From the NCBI RefSeq assembly GCF_009914755.1, contig NC_060937.1: DNA of 64,000 nucleotides, one strand, 5' to 3'. Shown here piece by piece: positions 28,918-43,924 of the stretch (positions are counted from its first letter, which is position 1; each line of letters opens with the position of its first letter). The notes beneath the pieces were generated by a model. It saw only the letters and a program-made list of their open reading frames with translations. It did no database searches and was not told the DNA's origin. The translations under genes and the position numbers were made by a program. Source of the DNA: the human T2T-CHM13v2.0 reference genome, Homo sapiens.

Positions 28918-29238
28918 TGGTCATTATTTTTTAACTTGCTGTCATAATTGGTGAGGAATATGCCATGCTACCTCACCTCTTCCATTCCCTATTCATATTA
29001 TAACCATACAGAATTTTGAGTTTCTATTTCTTACCTTTGTTATTTATAGTAACATATGGTTTTACTTCAACATCCATCCAATAAAAATAATGTCTCTCGG
29101 TTCTTCATGTCATAAGATAACATTAGCACTTCCTTTGACCACTCCTTCATATTACTACCACCTTCACCACACAGGGCATTTCAGCACACAATGTGAACAT
29201 TGAGAACATTTACATAACATACTATTCTATAACCATAA

Positions 29239-29567
<329 letters not shown>

Positions 29568-29929
29568 GAGTTTTCTCTCAATTAACTCAATTAAAACTCA
29601 ATATGCATTTGATATTTTTGAGTAAAAAAAATTATTCATCGTATGCCATCTAGTATAATACGATTGCTTTTCCTTTCTTGTATACATTTTTTTCCTGATA
29701 TTTAATTGCTGTTTTCTTATACCAATTAGCTTTAAAAGAGCTTCAAGTTTTTAAAGTCTCCATTACAACGTTATTCTATCATGTCCCATTTTCCCAAATA
29801 ACTCTTCCCTTCTGGAGCTCCCTGCTAGTCTCCTGTCCACAGAGGGCTGCTTTCTAAGCCTGCTGCCAAACATCAGCAGTTTTCTTTCATTGCTCTCCCA
29901 GGCAGATCCACTCTATCTTCAACTCCATG

Positions 29930-32900
29930 AGTAATGAAAACCTGCTACTTTTGCTGGCCAGCATCCATTCTTTTGCTATAAAAGGAGCCTGATTTTCCTC
30001 CTGGAAACCATCCCTATCCTACTCTCAAGCTTTGTTGTTCTAGTGTTGTCCTGCCACCATAGATGCTCTGTGTATAGACCCATTGTGACAACACTGGAGT
30101 GGCTGGGAAAAGAGGCTGACCCACAGGATGGGTCATCTGGTCTACCTGATGGAACCCTCCCTCTGTAGCAGATGCTACTTGATGAATATCCACATAAGAC
30201 ATAAATATCTGTACACTCTGTGTGCATATTGAGAGGTCCTTCTAAATGCTTCTTCTCCAGCTTCCCTCGCTGCTGGTCTTTCATTCTTATTCATATTAAT
30301 TCCCCGAAAGCCAAATTGTTAGACCGTTCTCATAAATCAGCATAAGTTTTTCACTTTGGCTTTTTCTCCCTCCAGGTATGGTATAAAATGGAATTTAATG
30401 ATTTTTTTATCATCCTCTTTGAAGGCCACCCTGATACGACTATCACGGGCAGAATTTCAGTCTAGTTGGTGCCAGGAAAATGTAAGACAGGCAGGATGTT
30501 TTTCTCCATTGTCCACTTATCATAGGGAAAGCCTCGTTAGTCCACAGATGGGATTGAATAAAAGAATCAATACAGCCAGAATAAGTGTCATGGGGGTCTG
30601 AACCATTTATGGTGCAACTTATGCTAGCAGAACCATTTTGACCCAAAAGTTGTATGTATGCAGTGCATGCATACATAAACTTTTGCATGGTTGAATGGGA
30701 ACTTGATGTTACAGGGTAAAACAATTTGTTATGTTTACAAGGCTGAAGTAACAAGAAAAAACCCTTTTCAAAACTGTAATAGCTATTTGCAGAAGAGGAG
30801 ATTGCTTTGCTCCAAAATACCAAGGTTCTTGCCCGTAATTCTTCTATAGGATCCCATAGAGCATCTCATGTTGCAGTTTGATTTTCTATAGATAGATCAA
30901 CTTTGGATTAAGTAGCTGAGCATCTCACACTGCAGCCTTGCTACTGAAAAAGTTTTTCTTGCCCTGAATTCCACTCAAAATAAGTAGCCTTAATTATTCC
31001 TTGGTTCCTGGGTTATAGGGGCATACCCAAACCTGGTGTAACTTGTTTCTAAAATTCAGAGTCCCAGAAAACATTTTGATTTTTTCCTAGTGATAGGCTG
31101 TAAGGAGGCAAGCTTTGTCTCTCACTTTAGAAGGGATAGCCAAACATATCATATCCCTAGAGTACTAGAAATTTATATGCTATTGCAGGGTTTTGTTTTC
31201 AAACTTCATTTCTCCTCCCGTCTTCTGGTGTACATGTGTCTTACGGCTCTAGGTTACTTGCCAATTCCTGATCTCCAGGTTCAATGAGCATGATATCACT
31301 AACGCAGTGGATCATTGGAATGTTCTGTGTAGTAACAAGCTGGCCAAGATCCCATTGGACTATATTATGACAGAGTAGTGAAGATGACATAATTCTGAGG
31401 CATGACTGTGAAGGTACACTACTGTCCTTCCCAGGTAAAAGTAAATTGCTTCTGCTAGTTCTTTCCAGTCAGTTTAGAAGAAAACATAAACCATGTACAG
31501 GATATTATAAGTTAGGATATTATACTTGAAAGAATAACTACAATTACGGTCAATGCCTGGAAAAGTTTATAGTAATCCCCATGATTATCTGGATCCATTC
31601 AGCTTTTTTTAGGACAGATCAAGTGAGTTAAAAGTAGATGTGTATATAATCCCCGCCTGAGTGTATTTGAAATTTTCACTGGTGCCCTTATTTTCTGTAG
31701 TTCCTCTAGGGATGTGAGATTGCTTTTGATTTATTCTTTTTATTGAACAAAGCAGTTCCAGGGGCTCCTGTTTGCTTCCTTCTGTCCTTAATAACATCAC
31801 TTCCTGACCAGAGAACCAATGTGAGGAAATCTTCTTTCCAGAATATGTTCTGTCTAGTCCAGCCATTCATTTAAGAATTGGGGAAATAACCCAGAATAAG
31901 GTTGTAGACTCACTCAAATAAATGTCAAATGGTCTTAGACTGTCTCAGAGGTGATAGGAGTCTTCACTTCCAGCAGTACCCCTCAGTAATATTTTGAGTT
32001 CTCAGGAATTAAGGTCAACTAAGAATTGGTGTCTAGTAATCTCTCCATCTCTCATTTTTCTCTCTCCAGTGTACAGCCATTCTGACAAAAAAAATGAGTA
32101 GGAAGAAGATTTGTAAAATACACTATTTATTGTGGCTATGTCAAAGGAAACATTCTCTAGGCTGTTGAACCTCACTTTCAACCAAGAAGATCTGCCTCTG
32201 TGAACAGACTTAATTCTGTCTGCTAGTTGGGAGGACATAAAATATTATTGTAGGTATTCATGCCATAATTTAAGAGATTTTGTGGTTAAATAAATCAATT
32301 AACATTTTAATATGCCACTGTCTATTTAATTCCTTGGGGCAACATGACCAATGAATCACCTTTATTGGTGCCTTTGGATCAACACACTCTGACACTATGC
32401 TCCTGCTGGCACTTCCATAATTGTACCCTCTTCTCTCTTGCACTTAAGCATTGCCAATGGCCCCTATCACTCAGGGTTCATCATTTGTACTAAAATTAGA
32501 GCCCATTTCAATGACTATATCTCTCGTTATTATCCCCAGCTATAAAACAGTTACAGAACAGTTTCCAAAGAGCTTTCTAAAGATACTAATGCTGTTCTCA
32601 CCTATGCACTTTCTAATATCTGAGTAAACCAAGACACTTCAGAAGACCAAGTGTCTTCTGAACCCTGTCAGGTGACAGAGTAAAAGGAATAGGTGAAAAA
32701 TGTGCTTATAATAATCTACCCCAACATTACCATCCCTCTAAAATGTTACATTCCTTTCTCCACATTATATCAGTTCTGGAATTTCAGACACATTAAATTC
32801 AGTACACAACATTGAGTCCATGGTTCAACCACTGAAGCAAACAAACTTTTCATCTACTTTCTGCTGCTTGAACTAATGCATTAATTTCAGATTCTCAGGA

Positions 32901-33340
32901 AAGTATGCCCAAAACAATACATTTGGTCTGATTCAACATTATATTTGGCTTCCTTGTCTAGCAATCTTAGCATTCATTTCCACACATGTTTTCTAGTTTT
33001 CTGCCAATATAAATTGGCCTGATTCAGCAAAGTTTGGGTGTACAAGTTGTCCCTTCTAAGAAAAAAACTTTGTAATCCCTCCACATGAAGTGTACTGAAG
33101 ATGATTGTATTTATAACTCTGGAGGAAGGATAGTTGGCGATGACTCCATGCAACAGAACTGCTTCTGGTGAGATCTCACGTGACTTTTAAGCAAGGGGAT
33201 ACCAGTTTCCTCAGGCAAGAGAAGAAAAGGTAACTATGATGGCAAAAGAAGACTCAACAGGGTTTGGTTTTAAGATTCTCATTTTCATCCTGGTCCAAAA
33301 TCTCAAGGTTCTGCTCATTTCTAATCCCTTTTCTAGACCC
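29930..33340 (-). mobile_element. Class III endogenous retrovirus (ERVL/HERV16/ERVL-E-like) internal gag-pol relic, non-coding
   Basis: Minus-strand peptides resemble HERV-L Pol. EPLELL..KRINQKQSHIPRG...TSTFNS (31609-31866) is the RT start. IHCVSDIMLI around 31295-31306 is a decayed HYIDDIML. FWSKAISSSANSYYSFEK (30443-30823) compares with FWSKALPSSADNYSPFER. SYVDIHQ...HQVDQMT..QPLFPATPVLSQWVYTQSIYGGR (30014-30202) is the RNase H/integrase junction. The gag-side boundary is approximate. Confidence 0.85.
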
Positions 33341-33994
33341 ACTTAAATAATTTGACAAGGCTGTGAATTCAATGTGCTTAATATAATATTTGCTTGGAAT
33401 CTGTCACGTGCTAAACAGTGGCTATAAGTAATAAGACATTTTTAAAGCCACTGAAAAACTTTTATTCTCTGACTGTAAGTTAAATTGGGGGTGCAAACCC
33501 TTACTTTATCTTTTTTTTTTTTAAAGATCTACATTGCAATCAGTAATAGAAATCCCAAGCCACAGTACTCGTAGCCATTATAAATACATACATACTGTGA
33601 TAGTCAGATGCAGTACTTACTTTGTATCTCAATGTCTTTCTTTCAATCAGCACTTCCTCTCTTGGTATATTCAGGGTGCTAATACACACTAGGATGCTAT
33701 GACTAAATACATTTGAATAAGTAAATTTATAAATAAACACATGAATACACATTAAACTGCTTTGGATAAATAATAATTTTTCAAATAGTTTGGACATTAA
33801 CTTAAATGTTAAGCAGATTTTTTAACACAAAAGTTCTCAGAAGGTTCACATACTAAAAGTACAGTGTATGTGAAGAACATACATGTTCCCTGAAGTCTGT
33901 TCTTCAGGACACATTTAGGAAATGCTACTTTAAGCCTTAGTGTCTCATCTAGGCCCTCACAATGTGCCCGAATTAAATGTTTAGGATTTCTTCC

Positions 33995-34586
33995 TGTATT
34001 AGTTTTCTACTGCTGTGTAGCAAATTACCCCAAACTTAACAGCTTAGTAAACATCCACATAACCACCGATTCTGTGTTAGAAGCCAGGCATGGCTTAGCT
34101 GTGTTCACTGCTTAGAGTCTCGCAAGGCTGCAATCAAGTGTTGGCTGGAGCTGCCCTACTGAACGTCAACTGGGAAAAGGTCTACTTTTGTTGGTAGAAT
34201 TCAGGTCTTGGGATGATAGAATTGAGGACTTCTGTTTGGTGCTGACTGTTGGCCAGAGGTCACTCTCCCCTCCTAGAGGCTGCCTTCAGCTCTTTGCCTA
34301 TAGGCCTCCCAACACAGGCAACCTACAACAGGCAGCTTGCGTTTTCAAAACCAGCATGGGGGTGAGGAGCTCAAACAAGATGTCTACTCTCATCATATAG
34401 GATGTCACACTGTAACCACATGTAGGTGAGCACATCTATCCATCCCCTTTTCCTTATTGTGTAGTTAGAAGGACAGCACAGAACTCCTGCCCCCACAGAT
34501 GCACACATTCCAGGAAGATTAGCCCAAATGGTGACTACCAGGAGACAGGGATCACAGGTGGCCACCTTAAGAGTCTGTCTGCCACA
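33995..34586 (-). mobile_element. MLT1E/F-like solo LTR
   Basis: tgtattagttttctactgctgtgtagcaaattaccccaaactt...gcatggcttagctg...aaggctgcaatcaagtgttggct...ggccaccttaagagtctgtctgccaca. TG...CA ends and near TSD cttcc/tttcc. Confidence 0.88.
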
Positions 34587-35945
34587 TTTCCCTTTTGCGA
34601 ATGGCTTTTTTTTCTGTCTGGTCTCACCCTATTAATTATCTCACTTAGGAAAAGGATGATAGTTTTCTGTATTACATGGGCTGGATTATTAAGTGTCTCT
34701 TTTCTGCTACCTGGTTCCTTCAGAGGAGAGTACAACTAGATGTTACTCTGTAATGGCCAAGTTAACACACTACATTTTCTTTCTTTTTATTTATTTATTT
34801 TTTGCTATGTCCTAGTACCTATTATCTACTGCCAAAAAGGTTCCTGCATCTGCCCTACATGCATAAAAGTACTGGGGAGGCATGAGAATCAGGACATCAG
34901 TTTGGAACTGGGACATGGAGATTTCACGGGGAAATTTAGGCTGCAGGAATTTCTGCAGCCTTCAGCAAAAGACACTCACCAGTGACTCCAGATGGTGTTC
35001 TTATGTGGCCTACTGGTGCCCTCTGCATGTGGCCAATAGGAGCAGCTATCAATATTCCACTTCTCCCCCAACATTTCCAGGCATTGCTCACTCTCACATA
35101 TGACAGCACACTTTAAATTCAAGGACAGCTTCTCTCAAGCTGTTCTGTTTCTAAGTGATTTTGCCCTGCCATCATTTCTTAGTGCCCAGAAAATATAATC
35201 TTTATTATTAAGCTAATATAATTGTTTAGGTGAATGAGATGCCAAAAATACACAAGAGAGCATATCAAAGTCAACGTGCCTGGCTTGGGGTTATTCATGC
35301 TTTTGCAATATCTGTACTTCTTTTCTCTCCCACTAGAATAGATAATTAACAGTTGATTGAAATTTCAAAGCAGCATCTGTGTAAAAAAGCATCCAACTCA
35401 TAACATTCAATAGTTGCTACTTTGAAAATATCCTCTTAACTAATTTGCTTTATTATCTTTCCAAGATGTGTCCCTTCCGATTTCAGTAACCTGGAACAAA
35501 GTGGCCCATTTGGCTCAGTCTAGTATTTCTTTTGGCTCACAACCTCATAACATAACAGTGCAATTGACTCCACATTCAGAGTAGAAAAATTGCTCTGCCA
35601 ACATTTGCTAATAACATTATCTCTCTGTACCACTGGGCAGCTAAGTATTCTCTTGGTGGAACCAGGAAAGGAAAGAGATGTTCATTACTTTTTATAAACT
35701 TTTCCTTAACCTAAAACCTCTTTTTTTAAAAAAAAGGAATTCTTGAACTTTCAGAAAGAAAACTAGTTTTATAATCCAAAAGTTGATATTGAAGTTGTTT
35801 GTCTAGAGTATTTAATGTATTTTTCCATAGATGCAGTGCTCCAAGTAGTGGTTAGATGTATAGCACAGTAATACTGATCTGCCTCCTGCCTACCTCATCA
35901 GTCTTTTATTGTTCTACTCTGCCCCAAATTTCTATTTCATTTATT

Positions 35946-36275
35946 CCAGATTTGGCAACGTTTTCCTGTAAAGTCCTAGGAAGTATGTACTTTAGGTTTT
36001 GCAGGCCATGTGGTCTCTGCCACAACCACCTAAAGCTGCCATTACAAAGCAGAAACAATCATAGACAATATATAAATGAATGGGGCTATATTCCAACAAA
36101 AAATTATTTATACACACTGAAATTTGAATTTCACATAATTTTCATCTGTCACAAAATATTATTTATCTTTTTTTTAACAACAATTTAAAACTGTGGAGAT
36201 TATTCTTAGCTTGCCACTTGTCCAACAACAGACAGCAGCTGAATTTGGCTGTCGGGCTGTCATTTGTGGATCTAA
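35946..36275. mobile_element. MER58B (hAT-Charlie)
   Basis: ttggcaacgttttcctgtaaag...ttttgcaggccatgtggtctctgcc...catagacaatatataaatgaatg...cactgaaatttgaatttcacataattttca. Confidence 0.85.
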
Positions 36276-36289
36276 ATCAGCTTTCTTCC

Positions 36290-36730
36290 AGTTCTTTGAT
36301 GCTACCAAACTCTTTCATATTCAGTCCTATGTCCATATCCTTCCTTCTACCTGGTAGGCTCTATATTTTTCTACGCTCCTTTTCTTTTCCTCCTCTTTTA
36401 CCAAAGTAATTTATATTCAGCCCTATCAACTTCAGAACTTACCTCTATTGCTATGTTTTAAAGGAAGCCTCCCATGAACTTAAAACCACGTCTGACTTTA
36501 GCCCCCTACCACAGTCTGCTTTCACAGTGCATCCTGTGCTTCTTTAGAAAAGTTTATTGTAATATAATCAATAATCAACTAAAAGTATACTCACATAATA
36601 TCTGTTATGCATTACTGTTTATGTCTACAAGCTCCTTGAGAACAGGGATTATATTTGTTTGGTTACAAACATATGCCCTATGCATAACACAATGCTTTCC
36701 ATATGGTACAGGATGAATAAATGTTTTTGT
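36290..36730 (+). mobile_element. LINE-2 3' end relic
   Basis: aagctccttgagaacagggattatatttgttt...cataacacaatgctttccatatggtacagg...aataaatgttt. Confidence 0.6.
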
Positions 36731-37059
36731 ACATCAATCACATAATGCTTAATACCATTCTAAAATGTAAGTATCCCCACTTTATAGATGAATGAACTCA
36801 GCCTTCAATAAGATAAATAAATACCCTGCTTGAGGCCACAAGGCTAATAAGGTCATTTCTGCCTGCTCCAAAAGTTTTGATATTTCTACTATTGTAATAA
36901 AAGACATATTAACCTTTCACTGCACTGTATTAGTTGGTATTAAAATGTTAGGCATTTTCACTAAAATTATGAAATCTATTTGTTGCATCTAAAATAGTAG
37001 AAAGGATTATGCAAAACATAAAAATGACAATACAAAATCTCATTTTTTTCTGCCTATGT

Positions 37060-37700
37060 GTACATTGATAAGAATTTTTGCTTATTTCTGTAGTTTGGAG
37101 ACTTTGAACTTAATCAATGCTTAGATGTTTGTCTTTTCTCCTCAATCTTGTCTGGGACTCAGTCATTCCTTTCAATCTTCCAACTCAATCTTTCTTTCTC
37201 TGGGGGATTTTTTTCTTCTATTATTTGCTTAATTGTCTATCATCTATCCATTAATTTTTTCATTAAGTAATAAACCTTGTTATTCATTAAGTCTTGTAGA
37301 TCTATTCTTAAAGTCTTCTAGCTTTGCCATCATGATTTCTGTCTCTTTATATGACTTGGAGTAACTCTCCTATTTGATCTTTTAGGCCACGAAGTCATGC
37401 CTTCATAACAGTCAAAAAAAAAAAACAGTCAATGGAGCACATGATTTTTTAGTTCAAAAAATCAGATTTAAAACAAAATTCCAAAAATGTGCCTTTTATG
37501 TGCTTTAATATCTTTGAGTGCTCATATATATATATATATATATTTAAAATTGTCATTGTTCTGTTTCATCAGTTATAATTCATTAGAGAACTGTTTTGTT
37601 TATTTTTCTCTCTCTCTGATCAGCTGTTTTCTGTACTTGAGGTGGTGGAATTTCTGTTCCCTCAGCATCCTCCAGGGCAGCCTCTTCAATGTGGAAGAAA
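37060..37700 (-). mobile_element. Highly diverged L1 (L1ME-like) ORF1-region relic containing (AT)10 at 37524-37543
   Basis: T-rich strand with gggactcagtcattcctttcaatct...tctgggggattttttcttctattattt, typical of ancient L1 5'/ORF1 antisense sequence. Confidence 0.45.
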
Positions 37701-39520
37701 TAGCATTTTTTGCCCCTGGGCCTCTGGTGCAGCAGAGTTGGAATGAAGTTTCCCACTGAGACTCAAGAAAAATGCTTCCTCTGTTCACACCTATCCTTGC
37801 TCTTTCCTTGCTCAAATGTTAGCTTCTCCTCATTTTAGGGGGTTCAGGTTGGCAGACATACTCATATAGTTTATGTCCTCCTATTTTTTTCCCTGGGGGG
37901 ATGAAGGATTACTGGAGTCCAAGATGATCCATGTATCCCTCTACCTTCTCACCCTATCCCACTCACACATGCTGGGATAGGTTCCTCATTTGCTCCCTAG
38001 GGGAGAAAATTACCTTCCTCATATGAATGTGTTTTCATGAGATTTAGAGGAAGCTTCTTTTCAAAAATGCTTCCTCAAAAGTAGTGCTGATTGAATCCAG
38101 GTCACCAGTGAGTCCTTTATATTATTTGTATGTAATGCATTTTTATCTGATGTTGTAAGTTTATCTTCTTATGAAACTGAATGTCAGATTAAAAATTTAA
38201 AAATATATTTTAGTGAACTTTAAAAGAACCAATCTGTTTATTCTTGTGTTATTTTTAAAGCAGGACTTTGACCTCAGGCCAGCAGCATAGCCCTGGTTAA
38301 AAGGTCCTCGTATGGAGATTGATGGGACAGGACGTGCAGACTACCGTTATTAAAACAATCCCAAGCACAATTTCTACCACAGTGCACTGGGAAAAATCAT
38401 CATATTGTCTTTGTATGGAGAATAGATTCATTATTTAAAAGCACATTTTCAAAATTCTCAATACTGCTACTATTTAAAATTACCCTTTAGAAAATATTAA
38501 TTTTTATTAAAGAAACTAAAAATTAGTTTCTAGAATTTGTGATTTTTTAGGGTAGGTAAAATATTGTTCATATCATGAGGACAATGCACATAATAGCTTG
38601 GGTAGATTGTTCATTTTTCAGCTAATAATTTTGTTGTTGTTTTGGCCTAGCTTCAGAGTCACAAATAAATTTTTGTGATTTGATAATAGTCTTGCAGTTA
38701 TTTTTCTATTGTATTTCCCTGAAATTCTTTTTTGAGTTGCAAATTGCTGTGGTAATGCTTCCATTTTGTATTGTTCCCTGTTTGTTATTTGAAACTCCTG
38801 CTAGCAGTACCTCCTGATGCTTTACAGAACAAAAACTTAATTTTTAAAATAATGCTTTACTATGCAACCTAACTATTTGGTCTGAACTATACCTAAGTAT
38901 AGTATTATAAGTTAATTTTGCAACCAAATATTTTTGAAGATAAATATTGATGAAAATAAGTATAAATTTTAGTGTTTGGTCCTTGAAAATGGACCATGAT
39001 ATTAGGTAAGATTCTAATATCAAGGTTAGGTTTGAGATGATAAGATTGATTATTTATGTGTAAAGTAGTCACCCCATGGCCCAGGATGGTCTTATTTTGT
39101 CAAAAATATGAACAGCGATTCCATTGTGCAGTGTACCAATCTTGAAAGTTGTTAACAAAACAATAAACTATTGAATCATCGCAACTAGATCAGTTATTTT
39201 ATTTCTTCCAAATTATTTTCCTCTGCTGAAGGAAAATAAAACAAACAAAAATAAAGCAAAGCAAAACAATTTTCAAAACATTTCAAAAGCCATCTTTCTG
39301 CCTAAAGTTCATCATCATCCTCCCTTTGTTTGCCTATCTAACCTGTAGCTATTGAACAAATGATTTAAATTAGGACACAACTATGGCTTTTTAGACTATA
39401 TTCCTAACTCTGGTTCCATATGTGAGAGAATGGAGAGTTCGGATTTTAATCACAAAACACCTCCAAACAAAACTCCTTCAAATTGACTCCAAATGAAATG
39501 TTTGTCAATAAATAATGCAA

Positions 39521-39580
39521 TTCTATCAATATCAATATTATTCTATCAATATCAATATTATTCTATCAATATCAATATCA
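39521..39580. repeat. 20-bp minisatellite, 3 copies
   Basis: ttctatcaatatcaatatta x2 + ttctatcaatatcaatatca. Confidence 0.97.
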
Positions 39581-39763
39581 GTAAGTAATGCCAATCCATT
39601 TACTATATATACATACTATATATATATGTAGATAATCTTTCTCGTAAAAATAAACTAAAAAAAGTCGTTAGGAGTTGTAATATTGTTTCCAACATTTGGG
39701 ACATTTCTGTGCAGGTAAGAGCTCAATGAGTTTCCTTGAATAAGATTATAACCCAGTCAAGAG

Positions 39764-39818
39764 CAGTAGTCCTCAACTAGAGGGGATTTTACCTTCCAGG
39801 AGATATTTGGCAAAGTCC
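39764..39818. mobile_element. MER20 terminal fragment (hAT-Charlie)
   Basis: cagtagtcctcaactagaggggattttaccttccaggagatatttggcaaagtc resembles the MER20 end CAGTGGTTCTCAACCGGGGGCGATTTTGCCCCCCAGGGGACATTTGGCAATGTC. Confidence 0.65.
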
Positions 39819-40375
39819 GCATGAATATCAAGGAAGACAATCTTATTTCAAGAGTCAGCCTGAGCTGGGAGGAAAGATTTGGGGCCCAATTCATCTTTCT
39901 CAGAAAGCCAACGTTTACATGACGGTAGGAACAAGGAATTAAGCTTCCAGAGTCACCTCCTGTCATGTGAAATCCAGTCGGGTAGTTGCTACAATCACTT
40001 TGGTTTAATTAACAAGTGTCTCTAAAGCATTTATTATTATTTCTTGGAAAAAAATCTCATTGATATTGAATATTTGAAAAATTAACTTGTCAAATCAGTA
40101 CTAAATTACATTGCTAATGAGAGCTAGTTGTAGATATTGTTTCTATATATGAAAAAAATGGAACTTTTGCATTGTCTGGATTTGAATTCAACAAAACTAT
40201 AGATTAGGTCTATAGATTAGTTCTTCAAAACCAGACAATACATAAATTTGCACAGGAAAATGATAAGAAAAACAGTGCAAATCCAAACTTTTTAATTAGA
40301 AAATTCACACAAAATATTTGACATACTTATTCATAGTGACCAGTGTTTTTGATACTGCAGACAAAATACTATTAT

Positions 40376-40831
40376 TTTTATGGGTTGAGTTGTGTCCCCT
40401 CGGAAAGATATATTGAAGTCTTAACTCCTGGTACTGTGAATATGACCTTATTTGAAAATCAGGTCTTTGCAGATGTCACCAAGTTAAAATGAGGTCATTA
40501 GAGTGGGCCCTCATCCGCGGATTGGTGTCCCTATAATAAGAGGAGGGAGATCTGAAGAGAACACCATGTGAAGATATAGAGAGAGGAAGATGGCCCCGTG
40601 AAGACAGAGGCCGAGATTGGAGTGATGCTACCACAAGCTAAGAAAGCCTGCGGCTGCCGGAGCTGGAAGAGGCAAGGAGGGATTCTCCCCAAGAGGCTCA
40701 GAGGGAGCATGGTCTGGCCAACACCTTGACTTTGCAATTCTAGCCTCTTGAACTCTGGGAGAATAAATGTCTACTGTTTAACATCTACTGTTTGTGGTAC
40801 TTTGTTTTGGAAGCTCTAGGAAATAAATACA
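40376..40831 (+). mobile_element. MLT1C-like solo LTR
   Basis: ttatgggttgagttgtgtcccc...tgtgaatatgaccttatttgaaaatcaggtctttgcagatgt...gagattggagtgatgctaccacaagc...gagaataaatgtctactgttt...tttgtggtactttgtt...ctaggaaataaataca. Confidence 0.9.
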
Positions 40832-42469
40832 TGCTTACCTATGGGAGAAATTATTTGTGTGGGATTGGGGGTGGGGAGATTTTTTCTTCCTGAAAAATCA
40901 GAATAATCAACATTGTGAAATTAAATCTCCCTTGAAGTATGATTAAAAACATTCTTTTGGGATCATACAGCACCATCTTCTGGGCAGTTGTCTCAATTAC
41001 CTAACTTACTGAAAATAATACTTTCTTCTTGCAATAATAATTTTTAAATACCTATCAAGCACCTAGTATGTTCAAGGCATTGTTTAGCTTTCTTGGGAAG
41101 CAGTCTGTGTATCAAAAAAACTAAAAGACCAGAAAAGGAGGCTTAGACATGCCACACTCTAAGATAAAAAGGAGAGGAACAATTACACTTCTCATTTAAA
41201 AATTAGAAATTAATTTAGTGCTTATTATTTCATTTTAAAAAGTAAAATATGAAAATAAATTAAAATGTCAACCCTCTTATTCAGCAGTCAATAAAGTATT
41301 TAATTCAAAGAGTATTTCACTCAAAGAGTTCTATGTTAATTTGCATGTCTAGGCACATATTCTAGAAAATGTAGCTAGATCAATAAATTTCTATACACAT
41401 ATTATATATATTTATAAAGAGAGACCCAATATTTCATATTGGGTCTAAAATTAGTACCACTATATGCTAACAAAACAGCATAAATTGGTGTTTACAACTA
41501 AATAGCTTATCTTATAATCTTATGAAATTGCACAGAAAATGAAAAGCAATACATATAAATATTTAAATGGTCTTTATTAATTCTATGTATGTTAAATCAA
41601 TCTACTTATTGAACATAAAAAGTTTATGTATATCCCTATATATAATACACATATATTAATGACTCTTCCAAATAATTCTTTTCCATTTATTTGGTCTTTT
41701 TTGAGATGCCCGTATGAGGAAATATTAACCAATATTGTCCTATTCAGCCATTATTCATCTAAATAAAAAAAAGTTGGGAAGAATTGCCCTTTATGTTTAG
41801 AGTGTTTGTAGCTTTTTGAGTGAATTTTGTATTCATTAACACTGCATAGTGAAAAGAGCCTTATAATTTTTATTTCATTTAATGCTATTCCAAACACACA
41901 AAATCCTATGGGAATGTAACTAAATTTACAAATTATACACTCATGCATTTCCTATGTCAATAGGACTTCAACTTTTAATGAAGAATCAATTCAAACAAAT
42001 AAAAAATATTAAACTCCCTCAAATTTGTTGGTGTCCACTTTACAAAGGGAAAAAGCTAGAAACTGCATGCTGAGCTACCATAGTTTCAACTATTCTGACT
42101 AACAGGGCACAGGGAGACCCTCCTAAAAATTGTATTTGGGGCGAGCATAATCTCTTTCACCCACAGTGTTATTTCTCTGCCAGTCATAAAATATGGCGCC
42201 CCTTTGACCTTTTTCTCTTCTGCCCTTCTGTTGCCTAAAATGAGGATAGAATGTCTAGGGCTGTAGAATCCAAGATCAGACGAATGGGGAAAGGAGAGCA
42301 GGAGCTGGAGCAGAAAGACAGAGGATCTGCAGCTTCTGGGGATTTCACAGATCTGTCCTACCTGGCACAGGATGGACAATGTACTTCATTTATATATTTT
42401 TAAAAATGTGTATTCAAGTCACAAGAATTAAGCATATTTTAATTGCAGCAAACTCAATCCTAATTAACA

Positions 42470-43924
<1,455 letters not shown>

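Noticed and set aside
30443-30823. 126-aa ORF as a domesticated retroviral gene
   Set aside because: Only the first ~20 residues follow ERVL Pol before the frame shifts, and the RT catalytic motif is destroyed.
33995-34586. MLT1 LTR as the 5' LTR of the adjacent ERVL interior
   Set aside because: It has its own near-perfect TSD, is separated by ~650 bp of unrelated sequence, and MaLR interiors lack pol.
39521-39580. Short direct repeats (also 14424-14489) as a CRISPR-like array
   Set aside because: The copies are adjacent with no spacers, there are no cas genes, and the DNA is primate.
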